Assembly (NCBI GenBank): GCA_041650895.1
Contig: JBAZKF010000001.1
Location: forward strand, 145,685-209,684
DNA: 64,000 bases
Direction: 5' to 3'
Source: Patescibacteria group bacterium
GTDB taxonomy: Bacteria > Patescibacteriota > Patescibacteriia > 2-01-FULL-39-33
Shown here one piece after another: positions 18,281 to 27,832 of the stretch (positions are counted from its first letter, which is position 1; each line of letters starts with the position of its first letter). A program made the translations under genes and the position numbers. A model generated the notes under the pieces. That model was given only the letters and a program-made list of their open reading frames with translations, made no database searches and was not told the origin of the DNA.

Positions 18281-18351
18281 TGGACCTAGGCGGAATCGAA
18301 CCGCCGCCTCTACAATGCGAATGTAGCGTCGTACCACTAGACTATAGGCCC
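18281..18351 (-). tRNA. tRNA-Ala (anticodon CGC)
   Basis: Reverse complement GGGCCTATAGTC...CTACATTCGCATTGTAG...GGTTCGATTCCGCCTAGGTCCA. G3:U70 identity pair in the acceptor stem, anticodon loop TTCGCAT, T-loop TTCGATT. Confidence 0.75.
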
Positions 18352-18355
18352 TTAA

Positions 18356-18380
18356 AGGGGATGTTTTGGCAACATCCCCT
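18356..18380 (-). other. perfect 10-bp hairpin between the SIMPL stop and the tRNA-Ala 5' end (terminator/attenuator or processing structure)
   Basis: AGGGGATGTT ttggc AACATCCCCT, with the stem ending 5 nt upstream of the mature tRNA-Ala 5' end. Only a weak T-run follows on the minus strand. Confidence 0.4.
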
Positions 18381-18387
18381 GAAAAAT

Positions 18388-19164
18388 TTATTTTAATCTG
18401 TAATTTACATTCATTTCCACTACGATTTCGTAACTGCCGGTCGGAATCGTGGCACCGCCACTACTACTGCCGCCGCCCAGTCCGCCTTTATCGGCATAAT
18501 AAGAAGCGCCTTGTCCCGGACCTTGCACATAATTCTCCCACCAGCCAGTAATCTTTCCTAATTTAACTTCGGCCACAGAAGCCATTTTGATTGCTTTATT
18601 ATTGGCATCACCTAAAGCTTCCACTCTAGCCTGTTGTTTTAAATCATCCACATTGGAAACATCAAAAGAAATTCCCAAAACCTGATTGATGCCGGCCTTA
18701 CTGGCTTCGGCCAAAACCTTACTAACCTTATCCGGGCTGGCTTTGATATCCCTCACCTTAACGGTAATTTGTTGATTAGCGTTATAGCCAGATAAGCTAC
18801 TGGTGTTGTTAATATAATCGTACTGCGGATACAAAGAATAATTCTGTGTAACAATATCTTCCGGCGCTATGCCCAAAGCTTTGATGACCGCAACGATCTT
18901 GGTGATTTTATCATTCAATTGGTTTAGAGCTTCATCCGGCTTAGCTACCTTGTCAATCTGGACGCCCAAAGTGACGATAGCGATATCCGGCTGGTAAGTC
19001 ACCTTACCTTGACCGGTAACGGAAACCGAGTTCTGCGGATAATTGACGATACGATCACGCACGATAGAAACAACGGCCACGGAGGCTAGCGCCAGGATTA
19101 AAATGATGTAAACAGCGATCTTGCCGCCGCCCATTCTCTTAATCGGCTGTGTAATTTGATCCAT
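18388..19164 (-). CDS. SIMPL-domain (DUF541) protein, membrane-anchored
   Basis: N-terminal TM helix and typical SIMPL architecture (QGKVTYQPDIAIVTLGV ... ITVKVRD). Gly/Ser-rich C-terminal region. Confidence 0.7.
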   Translation of the reverse strand: MDQITQPIKRMGGGKIAVYIILILALASVAVVSIVRDRIVNYPQNSVSVTGQGKVTYQPDIAIVTLGVQIDKVAKPDEALNQLNDKITKIVAVIKALGIAPEDIVTQNYSLYPQYDYINNTSSLSGYNANQQITVKVRDIKASPDKVSKVLAEASKAGINQVLGISFDVSNVDDLKQQARVEALGDANNKAIKMASVAEVKLGKITGWWENYVQGPGQGASYYADKGGLGGGSSSGGATIPTGSYEIVVEMNVNYRLK

Positions 19165-19257
19165 AATTTTTACCCTTCTTTATCACTGTATTATGTTTAA
19201 ATACGGTGAATTTTGTGTTTTTAATTATAATGTAAAATTAAGAAAAAATCAAGCCCC

Positions 19258-20310
19258 CTACCAAAAAACAACTAACCGGACTAACAAGAAATAAGCTTCC
19301 AAAAGCGGATTTGCCACCCAAGACAATAACTTATTCTCTACTTCCTGATTGGTAATCGGACCGACAAACAAACTAAGGATCTCCCGATCAGAAACTCGCC
19401 GTAAATCCTGGATTTTCCGACGCTCGCTCATAATATAACCGAAGTTTTTTATCAGCCACAACCAACCTTTGAACTTTTCCTTAGACCACTCGTTCTTGAT
19501 AGAAAAAGCCGTAATGCCCACTTCCATTATCAGTAACATGGGTGCTAACAAAACTATGGTCGCCAAACGGTAGTTCTTCAGTAAGACAATCCAACGATTG
19601 CGATCCATGTAATAAAACTTGTATCTGGCCTTGGAATAACTGTATTTATGATAAACCACGGAAAGCGGGTCAATAACCACACGATAACCCGATAGCCGTA
19701 AACGCCAACCCAAATCCACATCCTCGTGATACATGAATAATTTTTCATCAAACAAGCCGATTTCCTGAAGCGCCGACAATTTTAACAGTACGGCCGCACC
19801 CGAGGCGTAAGGCAAATCAAACAAAGCCGTATAAGCATGGCTATCCGGCTCGCGGTAATGATCGCAAAAGGCGAAGCCTAAGAATTGGAGGGAATTACCC
19901 AAGCTATTAATCAGGTTCTTCTCCGGATAAAGCAATAGTTTTGATTGCACAGCGGCGATTTTCTCATCGCCGGAAACAGCATTAACCAAGCGCGACAGCC
20001 AATACGGCTCCACAATCGTATCATCATTAAGCAAAACCAGATAATCCGCCTGGTCTTTAGCCCAGGAATAAATCTGGTTATTAGCCGCGGCAAAACCCGC
20101 GTTTCTATCATTGGCGATAACCGTTACTTGCGGCCAAACTTCGGCCAGATATTCTTTGGTTGAATCATGACTGCTGTTATCCACTACCACTACCTGAACC
20201 AACTCGCGCGGATAATTCTGCCGGTTGACGCTATCAAGACAATCAGCGATCTTATGGCGTGAGTTATAGGTAACAATGCCAATGACAACTTTTTTATGAG
20301 GATGAATCAT
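19258..20310 (-). CDS. glycosyltransferase family 2 (rhamnosyl/GalNAc-transferase-like)
   Basis: VVIGIVTYNSRHKIADCLDSV...VVVDNSSHD and DDT (DxD-type). GT-A fold N-terminus; C-terminal hydrophobic segment. Confidence 0.85.
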   Translation of the reverse strand: MIHPHKKVVIGIVTYNSRHKIADCLDSVNRQNYPRELVQVVVVDNSSHDSTKEYLAEVWPQVTVIANDRNAGFAAANNQIYSWAKDQADYLVLLNDDTIVEPYWLSRLVNAVSGDEKIAAVQSKLLLYPEKNLINSLGNSLQFLGFAFCDHYREPDSHAYTALFDLPYASGAAVLLKLSALQEIGLFDEKLFMYHEDVDLGWRLRLSGYRVVIDPLSVVYHKYSYSKARYKFYYMDRNRWIVLLKNYRLATIVLLAPMLLIMEVGITAFSIKNEWSKEKFKGWLWLIKNFGYIMSERRKIQDLRRVSDREILSLFVGPITNQEVENKLLSWVANPLLEAYFLLVRLVVFW

Positions 20311-20629
20311 CTTTTTCCTTTAAGGCTTCGGCCCGAACGACTTTGGTCAGGTCTTTTTCCAATCTCTCAATGCGCCAAAACAAACGAGATAAAATATAAA
20401 ACAAAAAAACCAAAGCCAAATAAACCACCAAGTCAGAACCGCGGCCCACGCCCACGCGATTGGCGATGTCCACTGTCAACTGAGGCCAAATAACAGCCAG
20501 CCCGGCCAAAAACCACAATAACAACCAGCCGATAAATTGCTTGCCTGGCAATTCTTTGGCACGATACTTGGCTGCCAAACGCAGGACAATAACAGCAATA
20601 ATGATTAAAAGAATAATTTGTATAAGCAT
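20294..20629 (-). CDS. DUF2304-family small membrane protein (GT2 partner)
   Basis: 111 aa with three TM helices. Its position immediately downstream of a short polyprenyl-phosphate GT2 is the conserved DUF2304 context. Confidence 0.6.
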   Translation of the reverse strand: MLIQIILLIIIAVIVLRLAAKYRAKELPGKQFIGWLLLWFLAGLAVIWPQLTVDIANRVGVGRGSDLVVYLALVFLFYILSRLFWRIERLEKDLTKVVRAEALKEKDDSSS

Positions 20630-20704
20630 ATTTTGTCTGATGATAATGATTAATTGTTAATTGATAGATAATCAAGGCTACCGGCAAAAACCAACTATTG
20701 ATGA

Positions 20705-21367
20705 CTACTTAATCAGCAAATCCCATAAAATACCAAACGCATTCCAAATGCTTTGGCCTTTCTTGATGGAATAATCGGTATAATGAATTGTTACCGGCAC
20801 TTCACAATATTTGAGTTTGAGACGCTTAATCTCATGCAACACCTCACTGGCATAGGCCTGCCGATCCTGTCCTAAATCCAGAAGTTTTAAAGCTGTTCCG
20901 GCCCAGGCCTGAAAGCCGTTATGCGTATCGGTCAGTTTTAAACCGGTAGTCCAGCAGGTAAAATATAAAGCCAGCTTTTTAGTGATTCTTTTCATTAACG
21001 GCATATTCAAGGCGCGACCCAGATTCCTGGAGCCCAACACCGCGTCATAACCTTCAGCCAATTTAGCGGCCAATAATTTAATCTCTTGCGACTCCATCTG
21101 CCCGTCCGCGTCAAAAAAAACAGCCGCGTCAACGTGGCGGCGAAGAGCATACTCAATTCCGGTTTTAAGCGCCGCTCCCTGGCCACGATTAATTTTGTGC
21201 CGTAAGACATCGGCGCCGGCCGAAGCGGCTAGTTCAGCCGTCGCGTCGCTTGAGCCATCGTCAATAATTACAATCAGAGATTCAGGCTGAGCGGCCTTGA
21301 CTGCCAAAACAACAGAACTGATTTTTTCCGCTTCATTGTAAGCCGGAATAATTATCGCCAATTTCAT
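20705..21367 (-). CDS. glycosyltransferase family 2, polyprenyl-phosphate sugar synthase-like (DPM1/GtrB-type)
   Basis: MKLAIIIPAYNEAEKI...IIDDGSSDAT...FFDADGQ is the classic DPM1-like GT2 core. Confidence 0.85.
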   Translation of the reverse strand: MKLAIIIPAYNEAEKISSVVLAVKAAQPESLIVIIDDGSSDATAELAASAGADVLRHKINRGQGAALKTGIEYALRRHVDAAVFFDADGQMESQEIKLLAAKLAEGYDAVLGSRNLGRALNMPLMKRITKKLALYFTCWTTGLKLTDTHNGFQAWAGTALKLLDLGQDRQAYASEVLHEIKRLKLKYCEVPVTIHYTDYSIKKGQSIWNAFGILWDLLIK

Positions 21368-21370
21368 AAG

Positions 21371-22411
21371 CTAAACCATCTTGACGGAACCAAGGGTTGT
21401 TTCCGGACGCCTTATTCCCTTTTGCGCGCTTAAATAATCAATGGTTTTCTGCAAGCCTTCATCCATCAGAATTATCGGGAACCAGCCCAACTTTTCTTTG
21501 ACCAAAGAGATATTGGCTAAAGGCTGAACCTCAAAATGAGCCGGGCGATTTTTAAATTCAATAATTGACTTGGAGTTAGTCAGGGTGATTATTTTTTTAG
21601 CGATTTCATTGATGCTCATTTTCCATTCCGACGCCATATTGACCGGGCCGCTCTCCCCGCTTTCCATTAACTTCATTAAACCGCGGATTAAATCTGTAAT
21701 ATAAAAATAAGAAGCAAATTCGCTTTCGCGGCCGTAGATGGTAATGGTTGTCCCGCTGTAAGCGGCAGAAATCATTTCTGGAATCATTCGACCGTCAGTT
21801 AAGCTTAGACGCGGACCGTAACAATTGAAAATCCTGGCGATTTTGGTATTAAGCTTATGAGCTAAGCGGTAATTATTAACCAAGGCTTCGCCAAAACGCT
21901 TAGCCTCGGCATAGCAGGCGCGGGGGCCAAATTGATCAACCGGGCCGACATAATCTTCTTTGATCGGCATAGGGCCAGTACCGGCACCGTAGACCGCAGG
22001 CGCCGAAGCGAATAAAATTGAAGCTTCGTATTTAACCGCTAAATCCAAAGCATAACGTAAACCAACCGAGTTTACCAACAGTGTCTCCACCGGATGAGCC
22101 ATATAAGCTTTGGGTGATGTCGGGGAAGCCAAAAAATAAATTTCTTGCACTCCCTGAAAAGCGACTTTGAACTCGGCTAATTCCGGACGACTCTCCAATT
22201 CAATAGGATTTATAATATCATGATTAATAAACTTGAAATCAGGATTGGCCAGCAAGTGGGCGATATTGGACTGATCGCCGGTAAGAAAATTATCAAGACA
22301 GATAACCTTAGCGGTTTTGACCAGCTCATCGCAAAGGTTAGAACCGACGAATCCGGCTCCTCCAATGACTAAAATATTCTTTTTATCAAATATCGCCTTT
22401 TTGACGGGCAT
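21371..22411 (-). CDS. NAD-dependent epimerase/dehydratase (UDP-glucuronate decarboxylase / UDP-sugar 4,6-dehydratase-like SDR)
   Basis: ILVIGGAGFVGSNLCDEL Rossmann GxxGxxG, extended-SDR length (346 aa), and a YxxxK catalytic motif later in the sequence. Confidence 0.78.
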   Translation of the reverse strand: MPVKKAIFDKKNILVIGGAGFVGSNLCDELVKTAKVICLDNFLTGDQSNIAHLLANPDFKFINHDIINPIELESRPELAEFKVAFQGVQEIYFLASPTSPKAYMAHPVETLLVNSVGLRYALDLAVKYEASILFASAPAVYGAGTGPMPIKEDYVGPVDQFGPRACYAEAKRFGEALVNNYRLAHKLNTKIARIFNCYGPRLSLTDGRMIPEMISAAYSGTTITIYGRESEFASYFYITDLIRGLMKLMESGESGPVNMASEWKMSINEIAKKIITLTNSKSIIEFKNRPAHFEVQPLANISLVKEKLGWFPIILMDEGLQKTIDYLSAQKGIRRPETTLGSVKMV

Positions 22412-22494
22412 ACAGTTAAAAGTTACAAATTACTAATTACTTAATTAATTCAATCAAATACGTTACTGCCTTAATCTAATATTCACTCCCTTAT

Positions 22495-22503
22495 ATTATA
22501 CCA
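22495..22503 (-). promoter_or_regulatory. extended -10 element (TGGTATAAT) just downstream of the GtrA stop, reading into the SDR-GT2-DUF2304-GT2 cassette
   Basis: The minus strand reads TTTTGTGGTATAATATAAGGGAG. There is no good -35. Confidence 0.35.
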
Positions 22504-22524
22504 CAAAATAATAACCCCAGACAA

Positions 22525-22944
22525 CTATCTCTTGAAAGTCCAGAAACGATTTAAACTGAAATTAAAAATAGCGACAATAAACGAAGAGACGGCTTTGGCC
22601 AACAAGTCTGGAATATGCACCAATTCGATCAATAAGCTCAAAAGGCATAAATTCAATGACAAACTTATAATATTGGCAACAAAAAATTTAGCATACTGCC
22701 ATTTCAAACCAGCGCTATGATGACGGAAGGTCCACTTGCGATTCAACTCAAAACTCCAGGTTACAGCCACAGCAAAAGAAATAATGGAAGCGACAAGATA
22801 GTGCAGACCGAATAGGCGGGTCATCAGCCAATAGACGCCCAAATCAACCAAAAAATTAGATGTGCCAACCAGGCAGAATTTGATAAACTGCCGGAACAGT
22901 GACTGTTTGAATAACGGCAACTGATAAATCCTTTCTTTTATCAT
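22525..22944 (-). CDS. GtrA-family membrane protein (polyprenyl-phosphate sugar translocation-associated)
   Basis: FRQFIKFCLVGTSNFLVDLGVYWLMTRLF ... NRKWTFR matches the GtrA family consensus; four TM helices. Start uncertain (22944 or 22992). Confidence 0.72.
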   Translation of the reverse strand: MIKERIYQLPLFKQSLFRQFIKFCLVGTSNFLVDLGVYWLMTRLFGLHYLVASIISFAVAVTWSFELNRKWTFRHHSAGLKWQYAKFFVANIISLSLNLCLLSLLIELVHIPDLLAKAVSSFIVAIFNFSLNRFWTFKR

Positions 22945-23010
22945 TTTTAACATAAAAGTCAGAACCATTAACTTTATTCCATTATAACACAAATCAAATT
23001 AAGTCAAAAC

Positions 23011-23039
23011 TTGTTTTTTCTCCTTAAATATGGTATAAA
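23011..23039 (+). promoter_or_regulatory. candidate promoter for the plus-strand glycan operon (TTGTTT, 17 bp, TGGTATAAA)
   Basis: Sequence-level match only. The predicted transcription start would lie very close to the annotated start codon, so either the CDS start is a later Met or the mRNA is near-leaderless. Confidence 0.3.
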
Positions 23040-23050
23040 TAGTTCTGTAA

Positions 23051-24400
23051 TTGATTAATATTATGACCAGTTTTATTATAAAAACCAAAAAATTACTTCT
23101 AATTTTAGGCGATATCGGCTGTCTTTATCTGGCGCTCTACCTGACTCTTTGGCTCCGTTACGGCTCGAGTTTCGACGCCAATTCCTGGCAAATCCACTAT
23201 CGCGCCTTGACTTTTATTTTTATTTTGTGGCTATTGGTTTTTTACATCAGTGATTTTTATGATCTAAAAACCAGCTATAATAACTTTTCCTTATTTTCCA
23301 TCTTATCCAAGGCCACAATAATCAACGGCATTATTGCGGTTTTAGCTTTTTATTTTCTAACTCCGTTTTTCCCCGCCATCAAACCGCAGAAAGTCTTGAT
23401 TATTGATTTGGTTATTACCTTCGCTATACTTTTTGCCTGGCGCAAAATTTTTTACGGCTTGATTAAATCGCCACAGATCGCCAACCATCTTTTGGTCATC
23501 GGACAAAAAAACCTAGCCGAAGAATTAATGAGAGAGCTGGCGCGCCGGCCCCAGTTAGGTTATAGAGCGACGCACCTCAACCAAGTTCCGGAAAATCTAA
23601 AAAAATACTGCCTGGACAGCAACATTGACATCGTTATTGCCGATAATAGCCTGCACACTGACGCCGTTACGGCAAAAAAAATCTTTGATTGTTTGTCTTT
23701 GGGCATTGATGTGCATCAACTGACTGACTTCTATGAAATCATTACGCAAAAAGTGCCGGTGGAATCGATTGAACTAGGATGGTTTCTGGAAAATCTAACT
23801 GAGAATTCCAAAAAATCATACGAGATACTCAAGCGTCTGATAGACATACTCCTATCCGGCATCGGCTTAATCGTAACAGCACCTTTCGTACCCCTTATCG
23901 CTCTCATCATTAAATTAGAAAGCCCCGGACCGATTCTCTTCCGACAGATTAGGGTGGGCAAAAACGGCAAAGAGTTTTTAGCCATTAAATTCCGCTCAAT
24001 GATTGAAAATGCAGAAAAAAACGGCGCTCAATGGGCGACAAAGAATGATTCCCGCGTTACCCGTTTCGGACGCCTAATGCGTAAAACCAGATTAGATGAA
24101 ATTCCCCAGTTGCTTAATATCCTCCGTGGCGAAATGTCCCTAATCGGTCCCAGACCGGAACGGCCGGAATTCATCCAGTCTCTCTCGCAGGAAATCCCCT
24201 TCTATAGCGAACGACTCTTAGTTAAGCCGGGTTTAGCCGGCTGGGCACAACTGCTGGGTCCAGCCTATGGCGGTTCCAAAGAAGAAACATTAGAAAAACT
24301 CAAATATGACCTATACTACGTCAAAAACCGCTCTCTGCTTCTTGATTTAAGTATTATTTTAAAGACAATTAGAGTTGTCTTAGGCGGTAGAGGCCAATAA
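23051..24400 (+). CDS. polyprenyl-phosphate hexose-1-phosphate transferase (bacterial sugar transferase, WbaP/CpsE/EpsB-like initiating enzyme)
   Basis: C-terminal domain PGPILFRQIRVGKNGKEFLAIKFRSM ... DEIPQLLNILRGEMSLIGPRPERPEF is the Bac_transf signature. N-terminal four TM helices. Confidence 0.88.
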   Translation: MINIMTSFIIKTKKLLLILGDIGCLYLALYLTLWLRYGSSFDANSWQIHYRALTFIFILWLLVFYISDFYDLKTSYNNFSLFSILSKATIINGIIAVLAFYFLTPFFPAIKPQKVLIIDLVITFAILFAWRKIFYGLIKSPQIANHLLVIGQKNLAEELMRELARRPQLGYRATHLNQVPENLKKYCLDSNIDIVIADNSLHTDAVTAKKIFDCLSLGIDVHQLTDFYEIITQKVPVESIELGWFLENLTENSKKSYEILKRLIDILLSGIGLIVTAPFVPLIALIIKLESPGPILFRQIRVGKNGKEFLAIKFRSMIENAEKNGAQWATKNDSRVTRFGRLMRKTRLDEIPQLLNILRGEMSLIGPRPERPEFIQSLSQEIPFYSERLLVKPGLAGWAQLLGPAYGGSKEETLEKLKYDLYYVKNRSLLLDLSIILKTIRVVLGGRGQ

Positions 24401-24413
24401 AACATTTTACTTT

Positions 24414-25292
24414 ATGAATACATTCCCGGCTTTATCAATAATCATCCCTAATTTCAATGATGGCGAAGCCCTTCCCAAAGTCATTGATTCTTTAGTTAAA
24501 GAATTAACCGAAAACCAGATAACCCACGAGATTATCATTGTTAATGACGGCTCGACCGATCAAAGTGGAGAGTTATTAAGATCAGACAATAGAGTGCGGC
24601 TGCTTAATCATCCCTATAACAAGGGCTACGGCGCCAGCTTGAAAACCGGAGCTAAAAATGCTCGCCACGAATGGCTGGCATTCTTTGACGCTGATGGACA
24701 GCATCAAGCCGAGGATATCAAAAAAATGCTTGCTTATACGGAGAACTTTGACTTGATTTCCGGTGAACGAACCGGTTACCAAGGACCCTGGATTCGCCAA
24801 CCCGGGAAAAAATTGATCCACTTATTGGCTATATATTTGTTAGACAAAAAGATAACTGACTTCAACTGCGGTTTAAGAATCATCAAAAAGAAAGATTTTT
24901 TAAGATTTGTCCATATTTTACCTAATGGTTTTTCCTGTTCAACTACAACATTATTCGCTTTTTTAAGGGAAGGATTGAATGTCAAATTCGTGCCAATTCA
25001 AATAAATAAGAGGGAAAGTGGACAAAGCATGGTCAAACCGAAGGAGTTCATAACTTACTTATTCTTAATCTTGCGGCTAATCATGCTTTTTTCACCCTTA
25101 AGGATATTTCTGCCTATCGGCCTATTATTATTTTTATTAGGCGGAAGTTTATTGGCATTTGACGTTATTAATCAGGGCCGGATTAGCGCCAGTACGGTAT
25201 TAGTCTCATTATCTTCAATATTAATATTTTTCTTCGGCCTGATAGCCGACCAGATTTCCGCCCTCCGAAGAGAGATTAATAACCGTCAATAA
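24414..25292 (+). CDS. glycosyltransferase family 2 with C-terminal TM anchor (DPM1/GtrB-like)
   Basis: LSIIIPNFNDGEALPKVI...IIIVNDGSTDQS...FFDADGQH, then two C-terminal TM helices. Confidence 0.85.
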   Translation: MNTFPALSIIIPNFNDGEALPKVIDSLVKELTENQITHEIIIVNDGSTDQSGELLRSDNRVRLLNHPYNKGYGASLKTGAKNARHEWLAFFDADGQHQAEDIKKMLAYTENFDLISGERTGYQGPWIRQPGKKLIHLLAIYLLDKKITDFNCGLRIIKKKDFLRFVHILPNGFSCSTTTLFAFLREGLNVKFVPIQINKRESGQSMVKPKEFITYLFLILRLIMLFSPLRIFLPIGLLLFLLGGSLLAFDVINQGRISASTVLVSLSSILIFFFGLIADQISALRREINNRQ

Positions 25293-25306
25293 AACATCAC
25301 GCATTT

Positions 25307-26011
25307 ATGCCAACCGGAGATCTGCAAGAAAAATTCTGGAGCCAAGACAAATCAGCGCGTCGCTCTCCAGAACATCCCATTGTGAACTATATTTTCAAAG
25401 ATAAAGCGAAAAAAGTAAAAAATATATTGCCGAACGATATTGGCAGTATTCTTGATTGTGGCTGTGGCAACGGCTTTTTCCAAAAAGCCCTATCCGATAT
25501 CTTTCAGATAGAATGTGTGGGGATAGATTATTCAAAAGAAATGATTGATAACAACCCCAATCCGCAAAAAATGGTTGCTTCAGTTACGGCCATACCTTTT
25601 CCGGACAACTCCTTTGATTTAGTAACCTGCAGTGCGTTGCTTCACCATATGAACAAGCAAGAAAGGATTGAAGCCGTAAAAGAAATGTCCAGAGTGGCAA
25701 AAAAATATATTTTCTTATGCGAACCGAACGGAAAAAATCCGGCGGTAGCGGTCTTCTCTCTCCTAAATCGAGAAGAGTTGGGTGGCCTTGATTTTTCCTT
25801 GGGTTACTTAAAAGGATTAGGTAGGGCAGCCGGATTACAGCCGACAAAAGCCTTTATTGACGCCATGGTTCCACCCAATAAAACACCGTTATGGGCTTTC
25901 CCTGTCATACGGTATCTGGACCAAACAAAACTCAATTCGCTTCTAGGATTAGACGCGAATGTGTTATTTGAAAAAATATACTTAAACGATCCGCATAATG
26001 AACGACAATAA
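25307..26011 (+). CDS. class I SAM-dependent methyltransferase
   Basis: ILDCGCGNGFF (motif I) and FDLVTCSALLHH (motif II/post I). Confidence 0.8.
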   Translation: MPTGDLQEKFWSQDKSARRSPEHPIVNYIFKDKAKKVKNILPNDIGSILDCGCGNGFFQKALSDIFQIECVGIDYSKEMIDNNPNPQKMVASVTAIPFPDNSFDLVTCSALLHHMNKQERIEAVKEMSRVAKKYIFLCEPNGKNPAVAVFSLLNREELGGLDFSLGYLKGLGRAAGLQPTKAFIDAMVPPNKTPLWAFPVIRYLDQTKLNSLLGLDANVLFEKIYLNDPHNERQ

Positions 26012-26837
26012 GCCCAAAATTATTCTTTCCTTTGATTTGGAATATTGGCATTCAAGCAAATTTTTGGAAAAATATTTAGCCGGAAAACAGGCTGACACTC
26101 CGCTACTGAACATAACTCTCTTGGAAAAAATTCTATCTCGGCTTAGCGACTATCCGAATGCCAGTGCCACTTTTTTTGTTCTGGCTGATTTAATGGATCG
26201 CTTCCCCGACTTACTGAAAAAAATCAAAGCTAGCGGCCAAGAAATCGCATTGCATGGTCTTAATCACACACCGATAGATCGCTTAAGCCCCGATGAATTC
26301 CAAAGGGATATAACCAAATCAACGGAAATCTTCCAACGTGTAATTAATGAAGCGCCAAAGGGATTCAGGGCGCCTAATTTTTCAATAAACAAAAGCAACA
26401 AATGGGCCTGGGAAACACTGGGGAAAAACGACTTTGTTTATGATTCAAGTTATTTCCCGTTCTCCTCTGATCCGACAGGGTTAACGCCGATCCAACCCTA
26501 CAAATTAATGACTGAAGCCGCACTCTTAGAATATCCCATTTCAACTTTCCGCTGGCTCGGGATCAATTGGCCAATATCGGGCGGTCTTTATTTCCGCCTG
26601 TTGCCTTATCCGATTTTCTCTTACTTGTTAAAGAAAAAAATCTCAAAAAACCAATTAGTGGTGCTTTATTTCCACTTAATGGATTTGGATGAATCAATAC
26701 CAAACATAAAAATCCCTCACTGGCGCAAAACTTTAAAATATTTCGGCGTCAAAAAAAGTTGGAATAAATTCAACCGACTGCTGAATGATTTTTCCGTTGA
26801 GAGCATTGAACAACATAGGATTAACCATGGCCATTAA
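25998..26837 (+). CDS. polysaccharide deacetylase-family protein (CE4-related, PEP-CTERM-locus subtype-like)
   Basis: KIILSFDLEYWH ... TFFVLADL ... IALHGLNHT resembles the DUF3473/CE4 deacetylase family found in EPS loci. Confidence 0.65.
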   Translation: MNDNKPKIILSFDLEYWHSSKFLEKYLAGKQADTPLLNITLLEKILSRLSDYPNASATFFVLADLMDRFPDLLKKIKASGQEIALHGLNHTPIDRLSPDEFQRDITKSTEIFQRVINEAPKGFRAPNFSINKSNKWAWETLGKNDFVYDSSYFPFSSDPTGLTPIQPYKLMTEAALLEYPISTFRWLGINWPISGGLYFRLLPYPIFSYLLKKKISKNQLVVLYFHLMDLDESIPNIKIPHWRKTLKYFGVKKSWNKFNRLLNDFSVESIEQHRINHGH

Positions 26838-27828
26838 AGAGCTGACAAAAGACCAAGAACAAGCTTGGGAAAATTTCTTAAACAATTGCGAAGAATCTAA
26901 CTTCTCCCATAGTCTTAGAATGCGAAAAATTATCCGCGACAATTATGGATTCGCTGATAATTACCTGGTTAGCACCAACGACCGAGGATTAATCGTCGGG
27001 ATTCTGCCGCTTTTTAAGATCAACAAGAAAAAGTCAGTCTCATTGCCCTTCACTGACTCAGCCGGCTTTATCGGCAATGAATCAGCCTTATCGGAATTTG
27101 CTGATTACCTGATGAGACAAACTGCTAAGGATAGCAAGGAATATGAATTACGCCAAGCTGAGGCGAGAAACTTTAGCCAGGCATCGCTAAGCACCGACAA
27201 TATATCTTCGATGATTGATTTAAAAGAAGATTCAGACAACTTATGGAAGAGAATTGATAAAAAAGCCAGAAACCAGGTGCGCAAAGCCGAAAAATACAAT
27301 CCGGAATATTTAAGACAAAAAGAATTATTAGCCGATTTTTACCTGCTCTATCTCAAATCAATGAAACGGCACGGCACGCCAGCCCATAAAGTGACTTTCT
27401 TTGCCAACATAATGGAACAATTTGACGGCATCATCTGCGCCGTTAAATACAATAATCAGACAGTCGCCGCCGCTTTGACTTTTATCCATAAGAATATATT
27501 GCATATTCCTTGGGCGGCCTCTGACAGAAAGTTTAAATCATTAAATTTTAATGACTACCTCTACTGGCGGATGATTTCTGAATCATGCGACAGGGGGCTT
27601 GACGGAGTAGATCTCGGCAGATCGCAAGTTGATTCCCCTGTAGCCAAATTCAAAAATCAATGGGATTGCCGCGATACCGTTCTGCAATACTATTTAATAT
27701 CATCAAAAAGAAAAAATAATAAAGCACCACAAAAATCCGGGTTACGTTATTTAGCAAAGATTTACCGTTTATTGCCATTAAATATCACTGCCCTAATCGG
27801 TCCCCGACTAAGGAAATACCTGCCCTAA
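26827..27828 (+). CDS. FemAB-like / GNAT-fold acyl(aminoacyl)transferase (EPS-locus associated)
   Basis: Start at ATG 26827 (MAIKELTKDQ) with AGGA upstream. The architecture resembles the FemAB-related proteins that accompany deacetylases in PEP-CTERM EPS loci. Weak, fold-level call. Confidence 0.5.
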   Translation: MAIKELTKDQEQAWENFLNNCEESNFSHSLRMRKIIRDNYGFADNYLVSTNDRGLIVGILPLFKINKKKSVSLPFTDSAGFIGNESALSEFADYLMRQTAKDSKEYELRQAEARNFSQASLSTDNISSMIDLKEDSDNLWKRIDKKARNQVRKAEKYNPEYLRQKELLADFYLLYLKSMKRHGTPAHKVTFFANIMEQFDGIICAVKYNNQTVAAALTFIHKNILHIPWAASDRKFKSLNFNDYLYWRMISESCDRGLDGVDLGRSQVDSPVAKFKNQWDCRDTVLQYYLISSKRKNNKAPQKSGLRYLAKIYRLLPLNITALIGPRLRKYLP

Positions 27829-27832
27829 AACT

